Assembly (NCBI RefSeq): GCF_036365525.1
Contig: NC_090399.1
Span: 46,470,430-46,534,429 of the forward strand
Reading direction: 5' to 3'
Source: Heterodontus francisci
Lineage: Eukaryota
Length of the DNA stretch: 64,000 nucleotides
The translations under genes were made by a program, and so were the position numbers. The notes below the pieces were generated by a model that saw only the letters and a list, made by a program, of their open reading frames with translations, ran no database searches and was not told the origin of the DNA. Below, in pieces: positions 9,886 to 24,800 of the stretch. The stretch's first letter is position 1; every line of letters begins with the position of its first letter.

Positions 9886-12800
9886 GTGAGTACTGGGGTC
9901 TGTGATGGGCAGTGTCAATCTGGGTAATGGGGCATTAACCCTTGGTCAGTGGGTAATGTGGTCTGAGAGGTTTTCAGTGCCAGGCTGGATACTGGGGGTG
10001 AGACGAAAAGAGAAAGACCGTAGTTGGGGCAGACTGGGGGGGGGGATCAGCCTGGTTTCTGAGAGACTGGGGCACGGGGCTGGAGAGTGAAGAACATAGT
10101 AACAGGAGCAGGTCGTTCAGCCCTTCGAGCATATTCTGCCTCTCAACTGGATCATGGCTGATCTGTAACACAACTCCACTTTCCACCTTTGCTCTCTTTG
10201 CCCTGATACCCTCTTCTAACAAAAATCTATTGCTGTCAGTTTTGAGAGCTCTAAGTGACTCCCAACATCCACAGCCTTTTGATGGAGAGAGTTCCAGATT
10301 TCCACTGCCCTTTGTATGAAAACAGTGTTTCCTGATTTCACTCCTGAACAGCTTGACTCTAACTTTAAAATGATGTTATCTGGTTCTCGATTTAACCACC
10401 AGATAAAATTGTTCCTCTCGATCTACCCTATTGAATCCTTTTAACATTTTAAACTCCTCGATCATTTCCTCACATTTCCCCACATTGAACAACATCTGCC
10501 ACAGTTTTATCTGCTCTATTAATCCATCAATGTTCTTCAGCACTTTCCTGTCACTGTCCACACAATTTACTGTGCTACCTGACTTAGTGTTGTGAGCAAA
10601 CTCAGATAAACAAGTCTCTGGGGTGAAATTCGGGAATGGCGCCCCCAGCTCACACTGTGTTCACAGCACAAGCTCAAATGCTGAGATCTGTGGAGCCTGG
10701 ATTTTTGGCCTTGCACCTCACCGTTCTCTAGATGATGCTGGAGGAGGAGGCCACACAGATTAGTGCCCCAGGTTCCAGCTAACTGATCGGGTTGGATCAC
10801 AGTGGGTCTGGAGGAGGAATGAGTGGGGCTCAGAATGAGTGGTGTGGGGTGCAGTTGAGGATTGGGGAGAGAGAACACAGGCCATGGGAATATCGTTTGG
10901 GGTTGGGAAAGATCTGTGGGATTGGAGGAATGGGGTTGTTACTTTTTTCTTCATTCATGTCCCTCTATGTCTGTTCAGTGTTTTGTGTTTGTCAAACATT
11001 TTTACCATTCTTTGAAGATATGTCAAGCAGGGTAGATACAGAGGAGGTGGTAAATGCAGTGTATTTGGATTTCCAAAAGGCATTCGATAAGTTGCCACAA
11101 AAAAGATTATGATTCAAGATAGCAGCTCCTGGTGTTGGGGGATATTCTTCTTCTTTGGCCTCCTTATCTCGAGAGACAATGGGTAAGCGTCTGGAGGTGG
11201 TCAGTGGTTTGTGGAGCAGCGCCTGGAGTGGCTATAAAGGCCAATTCTAGAGTGACAGGCTCTTCCACAGGTGCTGCAGAAAAATGTGTTTGTCGGGGCT
11301 GTTACACAGTTGGCTCTCCCCTTGCGCTTCTGTCTTTTTTCCTGCCAACTGCTAAGTATTTTCGACTCGCCACACTTTAGCCTCGCCTTTATGGCTGCCC
11401 GCCAGCTCTGGCGAACACTGGCAACTGACTCCCACGACTTGTGATCAATGTCACAGGACTTCATGTCACGTTTGCAGACGTCTTTAAAGCGGAGACATGG
11501 ACAGCCGGTGGGTCTGATACCAGTGGCGAGCTCGCTGTACAATGTGTCTTTGGGGATCCTGCCATCTTCCATGCGGCTCACATGGCCAAGCCATCTCAAG
11601 CGCCGCTGACTCAGTAGTGTGTATAAGATGGGGATGTTGGCCGTCTCGAGGACTTCTGTGTTGGAGATACGGTCCTGCCACCTGATGCCAAGTATTCTCC
11701 GGAGGCAGCGAAAATGGAATGAATTGAGACATCGCTCTTGGCTGACATACGTTGTCCAGGCCTCGCTGCCGTAGAGCAAGGTACTGAGGACACATTCTTG
11801 ATACACTCGGACCTTTGTGTTCCGTGTCAGTGCACCATTTTCCCACACTCTCTTGGCCAGTCTGGACATAGCAGTGGAAGCCTTTCCCATGCGCTTGTTG
11901 ATTTCTGCATCTAGGGACAGGTTACTGGTGATAGTTGAGCCTAGGTAGGTGAACTCTTGAACCACTTCCAGAGAGTGGTCGCCAATATTGATGGATGGAG
12001 CATTTCTGACGTCCTGTCCCATGATGTTCATTTTCTTGAGGCTGATGGTTAGGCCAAATTTATTGCAGGCAGCCGCAAACCTGTCGATGAGACTCTGCAG
12101 ACACTCTTCAGTGTGAGATGTTAAAGCAGCATCGTCAGCAAAGAGGAGTTCCCTGATGAGGACTTTCCGTACTTTGGACTTCGCTGCCCCCTGATCTTGT
12201 GTGGAGGAAAATTCCTTCTTCAGAAGACTTGAACACATGTGAGAGCAGCAGGGAGAAAAAAATCCCAAAAAGTGTGGGTGCGAGAACACAGCCCTGTTTC
12301 ACGCCACTCAGGACAGGAAAGGGGTCTGATGAGGTGCCGCTATGTTGAATTGTGCCTTTCATATTGTCATGGAATGAGGTGATGATACTTAGTAGCTTTG
12401 GTGGACATCCAATCTTTTCTAGTAGTCTGAAGAGACCACGTCTGCTGACGAGGTCAAAGGCTTTGGTGAGATCATGAAAGCAATGTAAAGGGGCATCTGT
12501 TGTTCGTGGCATTTCTCCTGTATCTGACGAAGGGAGAACAGCATGTCAATGGTCGATCTCTCTGCTCGAAAGCCACACTGTGCCTCAGGGTAGACGGGCT
12601 CGGTCAGCTTCTGGAGCCTGTTTAAAGCGACTTGAGCAAAGACTTTCCCCACTATGCTGAGCAGGGAGATTCCATGGTAGTTGTTGCAGTCACCGCGGTC
12701 ACCTTTGTATTTATAGAGGGTGATGATATTGGCATCACACATGTCCTGAGGTACTGCTCCCTCGTCCCAGCACAGGCATAGCAGTTCATGTAGTGCTGAG

Positions 12801-15800
12801 AGTATAGCAGGCTTGGCACTCTTGATTATTTCAGGGGTAATGCTGTCCTTCCCAGGGGCTTTTCCACTGGCTAGAGAATCAATGGCATCACTGAGTTCCG
12901 ATTTTGTTGGCTGTACGTCCAGCTCATCCATGACTGGTAGAGGCTGGGCTGCATTGAGGGCAGTCTCAGTGACAACCTTCTCCCTGGAGTACAGTTCTAG
13001 GTAATGCTCAACCCAGCAGTCCATTTGCTTGCGTTGGTCAGCGATTATGGCCCCTGATTTAGGGGGGCGATCTTCTTGATGGTTGGCCCAAAAGCTCTCT
13101 TAATGCCATCATACATTCCTCTGATGTTTCCGGTGTCTGAGGCCAGCTGAATATGACTGCATAGGTGTTGCCAGTAGTCATTTGCACAGCGCCTGGCTGT
13201 TCTTTGTGCAGTGCTTCTGGCTGCTTTAAGTGCTATGGATGTTAACTCGCTGGGGGCTTTCTTGTAGTTCAACAGTGCAATGCGCTTAGCGGCTATGACT
13301 GGTTCCAGCTCTTCAGTATGAGATTGAAACCAGTCTGAGTGTTGGGGGATATATTAACATGGATAGAGGATTGGTTAATTAACAGCAGCATTGTATCTGT
13401 CTTCAGCAGCACTTTGGGGATGATGTACGCGGGTCATCAACCATGCACAAAGTGGGTAACCCTTGTCACCCAGGATCCAGCCGTCCAGTTCGGCTGCTTC
13501 CGCAAAAACCCCTGGCAACTGTGAGTTTCTCAAAATGTATGATCGTGACAGCTCCCTGGGAAACGTGCACAAACGTGCGTTAATATTCTCCTGTGGTTAC
13601 AAACAACTTGTATGTTTAAAGAGTGGAAGCCTTTGTGATTCACAAATGCGGCAGGCTGGTCCCAGGGAGCTCTAATGGCCACATGAGGACAGTCGATCAC
13701 CCCTTACACTCCAGAGAACCCAATGGTTGTACCAAAGGCTGCAGAATTTATGTCTGGCTGTCCCTGTCTGCAGCTAAGTAGGTGAAATCATTGGCACGTC
13801 GAGAAAGAGCATGGGTCACCTCTTTGATAGACCTGTGAGTCGTCGACTGTGATATGCCACATATGTCACCCGTCGATCCCTGGAAGGTCCCGTTTGCAAC
13901 AGAAATTAAGTGCAGCGGTCACCTTGAGGGCAACTGGCATGTGATTCCCACTAAAGGTTGGCTCAGGCCTGCAACTGAAACCCAACCCGAGCCTGACAGA
14001 ACCACATCCGACCCGAGCCTGACCTGGTCCGGGTCCTTTCATTTTTTCCTGTGCCCGACACGACCTGACCCGACCACTGGAATGAAGTTGATTATACTAA
14101 AGAGGTTGTGCTCTACCTTGGATGGAATCGCTGACTGTAGACAAGTGCGGAGTCTGGATGTATGTTTCCCGCCTTGACGTCCTGGCTGTCAATGTGTCCA
14201 AGCTGGCCCGACCCGACCCGAGCCTGAATGCCGGACCCGGAAGAGGCACCCGACCCAAACCCGACATATGTCTTCGGGCCCGGTTGGGTTCGGGTCGGGT
14301 AGCCACGCTTTGATTCCCACCGAAGCTGAGTGGCTGCAGGTCATGCTGCAGGATCCTGTAAATTTCTGTGACCATTTCACGTGACATCCTCAGGGGTCTC
14401 TGGCATTGCCTCTCTGACATGTGAAGGTAATCTGCCCTTGTTCTTAGGATGTGATGATGTGCCAGTGTCTGTCTTCGATAAGGCCATTCCTGGATGTCCT
14501 CATTCGGAGTATCCTCACCTTCCTTTTCTGCCTGTTGCTGTCGTTCAGGCATCATGCATTGAGGGAAAAGAGCCCTCCTGAATCTCTCCCTTTGTTCTTC
14601 ATCCTGTGGTACGAGACAAATTGGGTGTATGAGACCAATGTCACTGTCGTCGTTCTTAACAATAAATAAGCAGAGTGTGGCAGTTCAGCCCTCTGTTACC
14701 AGTCAGCTGAAGCATCGAAGCAATGAACAGTTCATTTTTTATGTGCCTTAGATTTTCAGTCCAGTGAAAGACACACCGACTATTGTTTTCTCCTCCCACT
14801 CTCCTTGCAATCCATGAGTGGCCATGCGGCTTGTATTATTGGAGAAAATGGTGCGTCTAGAATTCAGGGCACCTCCCCTCACCTTCCAACCACCTCCTGC
14901 CACCGTCCAGCCTGAGCCCGTCATCTTTGACCCGCCAAATATAACCTTAACCATTCTCTTCATTACCATCGATCCTCTCCCAGTACCGTGCATAGTGTCA
15001 TAATCAACTGATTCGTGCCATTCCTTCCTCCCTTTTACTGGTCCCGTTGCTATCGATGAGCCAATTCTGACCCCGGAACCTCCTCACATCGACCTGACCA
15101 TTGTTGTCGAGTCCTGTTCCCCTCCCTTTCATATTTGTAGAATACACAACCCTAAGTCTTGACCTTCCCCCACCTACAGAATCCATTGATCCCCATTGAA
15201 TCTGACCATTCCATCCACCAGCCAGTATCCTGAATTCGCCCCACAGGTCCCTGATATTGACAGTGCTCATCCCTCCCTTTAGGCCCCTCATGACCATTTG
15301 CTGACTGCAAAACTCAAATCAACCCTCCACCTCAGAAGCTGCCCACAGCCAGCTTCAGCAGCAATAGCAACCACTGCCCACCCAGGACATTCCCCTCCTC
15401 CCTCCCCTACTCCTCCACGCAGCCAATCACCCCACCATCTCCTCTCCTCCTCCCTCCCCTGTTCCTCCATGAACTCGATCACTTTACCCTTTATCCTCCG
15501 CTTCTCCTCCCCTGCTCCTCCAGGCACCTGATCACCCCACCATGTCTTCCCCTCCTCCCTCCCCTACTCCTCCATGCAGCCAATCACCCCACCATGTCTA
15601 CCCCATCTTCCTCCCCTGCTCCTCCAGGCACCCGATCACCCCACCATGTCTTCCCCTCCTCCCTCCCCTACTCCTCCACGCAGCCAATCACCCCACCATG
15701 TTGACCCCATCTTCCTCCCCTGCTCCTCCAGGCACCCGATCACCCCATCATGTCTTCCCCATCTTCCTCCCCTGCTCCTCCAGGCACCCAATCACCCCAT

Positions 15801-18800
15801 CATGTCCTCCCCTCCTCCCTCCCCTGCTCCTCCAGGCACCCGATCACCCCACCATGTCCTCCCCTCCTCCCTCCCCTGCTCCTCCAGGCACCCGATCACC
15901 CCACCATGTCCTCCCCTCCTCCCTCCCCTGCTCCTCCAGGCACCTGATCACCCCACCATGTCTTCCCCTCCTCCCTCCCCTACTCCTCCACGCAGCCAAT
16001 CACCCCACCATGTCGACCCCATCTTCCTCCCCTGCTCCTCCAGGCACCCGATCACCCCACCATGTCCTCCCCTCCTCCCTCCCCTGCTCCTTCAGGCACC
16101 TGATCACCCCACCACGTCTTCCCCTCCTCCCTCCCCTACTCCTCCATGCAGCCAATCACCCCACCATGTCTTCCCCATCTTCCTCCCCTGCTCCTCCAGG
16201 CACCCGATCACCCCACCATGTCCTCCCCTCCTACCTCCCCTGCTCCTCCAGCCACCTGATCACCCCACCATGTCTACCCCTCCTTCCTCCCTTGCTCCTC
16301 CAGGCACCCGATCACCCCACCATGTCTTCCCCATCTTCCTCCCCTGCTCCTCCAGGCACCCGATCACCCCACCATGTCTACCCCATCTTCCTCCTCTGCT
16401 CCTCCAGGCACCCGATCACCCCATCATGTCCTCCCCTCCTACCTCCCCTGCTCCTCCAGGCACCCGAGCACTCCACCATGTCCTCCCCTCCTCCCTCCCC
16501 TGCTCCTCCAGGCACCCGAGCACTCCACCATGTCCTCCCCTCCTCCCTCCCCTGCTTCTCCAGGTACCCGATCACCCCACCATGTCCTCCCCTCCTCCCT
16601 CCCCTGCTCCTCCAGGCGCCCGAGCACTCCACCATGTCCTCCCCTCCTCCCTCCCCTGCTCCTCCATGTAAACACCCCCATGCCTTCACCGCCATCCGGC
16701 ACATTTCCAAAATAAGGGGTCTCCCTTTTTAGACAGAGATGAAGAGGAATTGCTTCTATGAACATCGGAACAGGAGTAGGCTATTCAGCCCATCGAGCCT
16801 GCTGCACCATCCAATTAGATAAGGCCGATCATCTCCCACAATGGCACTTTCCTGCACTATCCCCATATCCCTTGATGTCATTAGTATCCAGATATCTATT
16901 GATCTCTGTCTTGAACGTACTTAATGGCTGAGTCTCCACAGCCCTCTCCGTCGAGAATTTCAAAGATTCACCACCCTCTGAGTGAAGAAATTCCTCCATA
17001 TCTCAGTTTTAAATGGCCTCCTGCTTATTCTGAGATTATGTCACCAGCCAGGGGAAACATCCTATCTACAACTACCCTGTAACGCCCTCTAAAAATTTGT
17101 AAGTTTCAATGAGATGACCTCTCATTCTTTGAAACTCTAGAGAATACAGGCCCAGTCTCCTCAATCTCTCCTCATAAATCAATCCTGCCATCCCAGGGAT
17201 TAGTCTGGTGAAACTTCCTGGTAAGTTTATCCTTCCTTAGGTAAGGAGACCAAAACTGTACACAGTACTCAGAGAGTTGTGAATCTTTGGAATTCTCTTC
17301 CCCAGAGAGCAGTGCAGGCTGGGTCATTGAATATGTTCAAGGCTGAGTTTGGCAGATTTTTGATCTCCAAGGGAGTCATCAGGTTTTGGGATGGCAGGTC
17401 GGAAAGTGGAGTTAAGGCCACAATCTGAATAGCCATGATCTTATTGAATGGCAGAAAGGCTGAAGGGCCTGAATGGCCTCCTGTTCCTATTTCCTAGGTT
17501 CTTAGTTTCTTAGCTCATGTCCTGATGTGTCTCTCTCCCTCTCTCCCTCTGTGTTCAGAATCTCACCTTTTGCAGGGTTTTGCCACAATTACAACTCCGA
17601 TTCCCAATCTTCCGGAATTTGTGGCCGTTGGTTATCTGGATCAAATACAGGTTATTGTGTATGACAGCGATCGGAAGAGGGTGATCCTCCGGGATCGGTG
17701 GATGTTCATGAATACGTTACCCATATCCATGGATCAGATGGAACAGCTTTTGCAGGAAGCAGAGCAGGAACGGAACTTCAGTTTCGCATACCTCATGTCC
17801 CTGAACAAACAGACTGGTGGTGAGTTTGAGAGTGGGGCCGGCAAGGTGGACGTAGGTAGCAGTGGAGCAGGATCTGTGTTCCTGGGATGGAGATGTGTCC
17901 CTGGGGTGGAGCTCTGTGTCTTGGTGTGTTTGTGGGTGGGGCTGGGGAAAGGAGGTGGTGGAGCTCTGTATCTCTGGGGTAGAGAGAGATCGGTGTGCTG
18001 CAAATTCACAATCCTGTCCTTCCCCGCGTGATGTCATTACCTTTTGGACAAAGAAAATTCACATTGACATGATGTGCCTTTCTGTTCCCCCACATCTTCC
18101 TGTTTCCCCATGTCCTTCTATTCCAGCCCCATGTTTCTCTATTCCACCCCCATGTCTCACTATTCCCCCCGTCTCCCTCTATTCCCCCCGTCTCCCTCTA
18201 TTCTTCTTGTCTCCCTCTGCTCCTCTTTATGTCCCACTATTCCTCTTTGTGTCCCTCTATTCCTCCCCGTGTCCCTCAATTCCTCCCCGTGTCCCTCTAT
18301 TCTTCCCCGTGTCTCTCTAATCCCCTCCGTGTCTCTCTATTCCCGTGTCTCTGTATTCCCCCTGCATCGTGTCTCTATTCCTCTGTGTCTTTCTATCACC
18401 ATATCTCTGTACTCCCCGTGCATGTCTCTCTATTCCCCTGCCTTTGTCTCTCTATTCCCCCCGCGTGTCTCTGTATTCCCCCCCGCCCATGTCTCTCTCT
18501 TCCCGTGTCTCTCTATTCCCTCGCCTGTGTCTCTCTATTCCCATGTCTCTGTCTTCCCCTCCGTGTCTCTCTGTTCCCAAGTCTCTGTCTTCCCCTCCAT
18601 GTCTCTCTGTTCCCGTGTCTCTGCATTCCTCCTGCCTGTGTCTCTCTATTCCCCCGCTTGTGTCTCTGTTCCCGTGTCTCTGTATTCCCCCTGCCCGTGT
18701 CTCTCTATTCCTGTGTCTCTGTATTCCTGCCTGCCTGTGTTTCTCTATTCCCCCTGCCTTTTTCTCTCTGTTCCCGTGTCTCTATATTCCCTATATCCGT

Positions 18801-21800
18801 GTCTCTCTATTCCCGTGTCTCTGTACTCCCCCCCGCCTGTGTCTCTCCATTCCCCCACCTGTATCTCTCTATTCCTGTGTCTCTGTATTCCCCCCTGCCT
18901 GTGTCTCTCCATTCCACCGCCTGTGTCTCTCTATTACCGTGTCTCTCTATTCCCCTTGCCTGTGTCTCTCCATTCCCCCACCTGTGTCTCTCTATTCCCA
19001 TGTCTCTCTATTTCCCCTGCCTGTGTCTCTCTATTCCCGTGTCTTTGTATTCCCCCTGCCCGTGTCTCTCTATTCCTCCCATGTGTATCTCAATTCCCCG
19101 CGCGTGTCTCTCTAATCATCCCCCTGTGTCTCTATTTCCCCCAGTGTCTCTCTATTCCCCTGCTCACCAATGCTCAGTTTGGATTCTGCCAGGGTCATTC
19201 AGCTCCAGAGCAGATTACAGCTTTGATCCAAACATGAACAAAAGAGCTGAACTCAAGACATGAGGTTAGAGTGGCTGCTTTTGACATCAAGGCAGCATTT
19301 GACCGAGTGGCATCAAGGAGGCCTAGCAAAACCGGAGTCCATGGGAATCCAGGGGAAAAGTATTCACTGGTTGGAGTCATAACTAACACAAATGAAGATG
19401 GTTGTCGTTGTTGGAGGCAAATCATCTCAGCTCCAAGACATCACTGCAGGAGTTCCTCAGGGTTGTGTCCGAGGCCCAACCATCTTCAGCTGCTTCATCA
19501 ATGACCTTCCTTCCATCACAAGGTCAGAAGCGGGATGTTTGCTGATGCTGGCACAGTATTCAGTTCTATTTGCAACTCCTCAGATACTGAACATACAAAC
19601 ATGCAAACATATGAATTGGGAGCAGGAGTAGGCCACTCGGCCCCTCGAGCCTACTTTGCCATTCAATAACATCATGGCTGATCTGATTGTAACTCAACAC
19701 CACATTCCCGCCTCAACCCCCCCGATAACCTTTCACCCTCTTGCTTAACAAGAATGTATCTAGCTCTGCCTTAAAAATATTTAAAAACTCTGCTTCCACT
19801 GCCTTTTGAGGAAGAGAATTCCAAAGACTCACAACCCTCTGAGAGAAAAAATTCTCCTCATCTCTGTCTTAAATGTTTGCCCCCATATTTTTAAACAGTG
19901 ACCCCTAGTTCTAGATTCTCCCAGAAGGGGAAACATCCTTTCCACATCCACCCTGTCAAAACCCCTCAGGATCTTATATGTTTCAATCAAGTCGCATCTT
20001 ACTCTTCTAAACTGCAGTGGATACAAGCCTACCCTGTCCGACCTTTCCTTATAAGACAGCAGCCATTGCATGTATTAGTCTAGTAAACCCTCTCTGAACT
20101 GCTTCCAATATATTTACATCCTTCCTTTAATAAAGAGACCAGTACTGTACACAATACTCTAAATGTGGTCTCACTGGTGCCCTGTATAGCTGAAGCATAA
20201 CCTCCCTACTTTTGCATTCAATTCCCAGTGCAAAAAATGATTACATTCTATTTGCTTTCCTAATTACGTGCTGTACCTGCATACTAACCTTTTGTGGTTC
20301 ATGCACTAGGACACCCAGATCCCCCTGCATCTCAGAGCTCTGCAATCTCTCACCATTTTTCATTCTTCCTGCCAAAATGGACAATTTCACATTTTTCCAC
20401 ATTATACTCCATTTGCCAGATCTTTGTCCACTCACTTAACCAGTCTATATCCTTTTATAGCCTCCGTATAACCTCTTCACAACTTACTTTCCTACCTATC
20501 TTTGTGTCATCAGCAAATGTTGCAACCGTCCCTTCGGTCCCTTCATCCAAGTCATTTATATAAATTGTAAAATGTTGAGGCCTCAGCACTGATCCCTGTG
20601 GCACACCACTCATCTTGCCAACCAGAAAATGACCAATTTATGCCTATTCTCTGTTTCCTGTTAGCAAGCCAATCTTCTATCCATGCCAAATTTACACCAT
20701 GAACTTTTATTTTCCACAATAAACTTTGATGTGGTACCTTATCAAATGCCTTCTGGAAATCTAAGTGCAGTACATCCACCATACAGTCATAGAGTCATAG
20801 AGTTAGACAGCACAGAAACAGGTCCTTTGGCCCATTGTGTCTGTGCCAGCCATCAAGTACCTATCTATTCTAATCCCATTTTCCAGCACTTGGCCTGTAG
20901 CCTTGTATGCTATGGATTTTCAAGTGCTCATCTAAATACTTCTTAAATGTTGTGAGGGTTCCTGCCTCTACCACCCCTCAGGCAGTGTGTTCCGGATTCC
21001 AACCACAAAAACAAATTTACCTCAATTCCCCTCTAAACTTCCTGCCCCTTACCTTAAATCTATGCCCCCTGGTTATTGACCCTCTACGAAGGGAAAAAGT
21101 TTCTTCCTATCTATCCTATCAATGCCCCACATAATTTTGTATACCTCAATCAGGTCCCCCCTCAGCCTTCTCTGCTCTAAGGAAAACAACCCTAGACTTT
21201 TCAGTCTCTCTTCACAGCTGAAATGCTCCAGCCCAGGCAACATTTCCTCTGCACCCTCTCCAGGGCAATCACATCCTTCCTATAGTGTGGTGACCAGAAC
21301 TGTACACAGTACTCCAGCTGTGGCCTAACTATCATTTTATACAGCTCCATCATAACCTCCCTGCTCTTATATTCTATGCCTTGGCTAATAAAGGCAAGTA
21401 TCCCATCTGCCTTCCTAACCACCTTAGCTAACTGTGCTGCTGCCCTCAGTGATCTATGGACAAGTCCACCAAGGTCCCTCTGACCCAGTACTTCCTAGGG
21501 TCCTACCATCCATTGTATCCCTCCTGTCACGGTCTGTTTATCATTTCCCATATTAATACCTTTCTCTCTTGCCTTGCCTGTACTCTTTGATGTACCACAC
21601 CTTCTCAAATTTGACTCCTTGCCCCATTATTTAGTTTAAAATCCTCTGTACTTCTCTAGTTATGAGGCTTACCCGAATACCAGCTCCAGCATGGTTCAGG
21701 TGTGGACCGTCCCAATGGTACAGCCCCACTTTCCCCAGTACTGGTGCCAGTGCCCCACAAACTGGATCCCTCTTCTGCCACACCAGTCTTTGAGCCATGC

Positions 21801-24800
21801 ATTTATTTCTCTAATCTTATTTGTCCTATGGCAATTTGAAGATGGCTCAGGTAATAATCCAGAGATTATTACCTTTGAGGTTCTGCTTCTTAATTTGCTG
21901 CCTAGCTCCTCATACTGACTATGCAGAACCTCCTTCCTTGTCCTGCCTATGTTATTAGTACTGCCATGGATCACAGTGACTGGATCCTTCCCCTGTCACT
22001 GTAAGTTCCTCTCCAGCCCTGAGCATGAGGCAAGCAACAGAGCTGTCTGGACTCTCACTCTTGGCTGCAGAGAACAGTGTCAATCCCCCTCACTATAATA
22101 TACCCTACTACTACTACATTCCTTTTTGCTCCCCCCACTTGAATAGCTCTCTGTACTATGGTGCCATGGTCAGGTTTCTCATCCACCCTGCAGCCCCCAT
22201 TTTCATCCAAACAAGCTGATAGAACCTCAAAAACTGTTGGACAATCACAAAGGCTGAGGCTGCTGCACTCCTGCCCTCTGGGTCCCCGGACCTGCCTCAG
22301 CCTAAGCGACACTCTCCTGTCCCTGACCGCTGACCAAATCAGAAGACCCTATCCTAAGGGGTGTGACCACCTCCTGGAACAAAATGTCCAGGTAACCTTT
22401 CCCCTCCCTAATGTGTGCAGTGTCTGCAGTTTGGCCTCCAGCTCAAAAACTCTGAGCCGAAGCTCCTCGAGCCACAACACGGCCTGCAGCCATGTTTGCC
22501 CTGGATCTCACTGGCATCCAGGAGCTCCCACATGCTACAGCCATGAAACATCACCTGTCCTGCCATCCTTAATGTGTTTGAATGAATGACTTAATTATTT
22601 TATTCACTTATTTCTTTTCCTTTTATATATATTATTCGCCTTACCACCAGTTCCTGTACTATTTTAAACCTTAAGAATTGAATAGATTAGATTTAACTAC
22701 TTACCAGATATTCACCAAATGGCTAGTTTCTTCCCCTGTAGTCAAGAACCAAATCCTATAAGGTGAAAAAGTAAGAAAATGCAAAGGAGCACCTCCTTCC
22801 CCTCCTCACCGAACTCCCGCAATTCACCAAACTCCTAGCACTCTGTTCATGTCACACTTAATCGCTTTTTAACAATCTAATTAGTAACCTATTTAAATGA
22901 TCAGTTTTAAGTAATACCTCTAGTCTTGCTCTGCGCTTATACTCTCATAACAACACTTACTGTTACACTACTCAGTTGAATATTTTTAATTTCCCAGGTC
23001 ATAATTTGAACTAATACACTCCCTGCTGGTCACTCTCTCTCACTCTGTATGATAAATTATAAAATCTGCATCAGCTTTTAGTTTATATATTAATGAATCA
23101 ATCAAGTCTTATTTCAGATTTGATTGATTTCGATTACATTAAATTAAAGCCTTACCCTGGCTGCTTTCAGTTCCCCTGCTATCTCTATGTTGATTGTAGC
23201 GTCACTCTGATGTCACTTTTAATTTTTTTTCCCGCGCTGCTCCCGCTGCGCTCTCTCTCTCTGCAGTCCGTGAATCTGGCCATGCCTGCATGCATGCATG
23301 TAATATTTCTTGTCCCATGGTGTGTGATCTGTTGTTAAAATTCACAGGAACTCAAGTAATATTCAAAATAAATGTGGGGTTTTATTATAACAGAACTGGA
23401 ACATATATACATAATAGTAACTGCATGAGCTCGTCTTGAACACATCTTACTGTCGCAGGCTCCATCCACAACTAACTGTTTTGGTGTGACTTGACATCAC
23501 TTCCTCTGATGATAGAACCATAGAAAAGTTACCGCACAAAAGGAGGCCATTCAGCCTGTCGTGTCTGCGCTGGACGAAAAATCTAACTACTGAATCTAAT
23601 GCTACCTCCCTGCAGCGGCACAGTGGTTAGCACCGCAGCCTCACAGCTCCAGCGACCCGGGTTCAATTCTAGGTACTGCCGGTGTGGAGTTTGCAAGTTA
23701 TTCCTGTGTCTGCGTGGGTTTCCTCCGGGTGCTCTGGTTTCCTCCCACAGCCACAGGTTGATAGGTAAATTGGCCATTATAAATTGCCCCTAGTATAGGT
23801 AGGTGGTAGGGGAATATAGGGACAGATGAGGATGTGGTAGGAATATGGGATTAGTGTAGGATTAGTATAAATGGGTGGTTAATGGTCGTCACAGACTCTG
23901 TGGGCTGAATGGCCTGTTTCAGTGCTGTATCTCTTAAAAAAAAACCTTGCACTTCAGGTGCACGTCCAGGTACCTTTTAAAAAAATTGAGGGTTTCTGCC
24001 TCCACCACCGTTCCTGGCAGTGAATTCCAGACACCCACCACCCTCTGAGTGAAAAGGTTTTTCCTCATGTCCCCTCTAATCCTTCCACCAATCACCTTAA
24101 ATCTGTGCCCCCGGTAATTGACCTCTCCACCAGGAGAAACAGGTCCTTCCTGTCTACTCTCTCTTGGCCCCTCATAAGTTTGTACAACTCAGTTTAAGTT
24201 ACCACTCAATCTCCTGTGTTCTAAGGACAACAACCCTAGTCGATCCAATCTTTCCTCATAGCCCTGGCAGAATTCTTGTAAATCTCCTCTGTACTCTCTC
24301 CAGAGCGATTAGAAATGAGATGAGGAGAAATTTCTTCACTCAAAGGTTTGTGAATCTTTGGAATTCCCTATCCTAGAGAGCTGTGGACCATCAGTCATTC
24401 AGTTTATTTAAGACAGAGGTTGATAGATTTTTGGCTACTAAGGGAATTAAGGGATAGGGGGATAGTGCAGGAAGGTGGAATTGAGGTAGAAGATCAGCCA
24501 TGATCATATTGATTGGTGGATCAGGCCCGATGGGCCAAATGGCCTGCCCCTGCTCCTATTTCTGATGTTTGTCTGTTCCTATGAAAGGTTTTGGGGAGTG
24601 TTGAGGTGTGTTAGTCACCACAGAATTCCCAACCTCTGACCTGCTATTGTAGCCACAGTATTTATGTGGTTGGTCCAGTTTAGTTTCTGGTCAGTGGTGA
24701 CAGCCCCCAGGATGATGATGGTGGGGGAATTCGACAAGTTATGCTGGTCATCGAATGGTAGGCGGGGTCTCAGGACTGCATCTGATTGGCTGTATGTGTG

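Noticed and set aside
15542-16765. 396-aa and 365-aa Pro-rich extensin-like ORFs
   Set aside because: C-rich minisatellite in intron 1; open in all frames because the unit lacks stop codons.
17525-18031. 168-aa ORF as a standalone gene
   Set aside because: Only 17559-17819 is exon 2; the rest is intron read-through.
18074-19263. 387-aa and 344-aa ORFs
   Set aside because: Low-complexity CT repeat in intron 2.
23611-23690. tRNA genes (also 28389 and 47951)
   Set aside because: tRNA-like heads continue into SINE bodies with LINE-derived tails; no complete cloverleaf.
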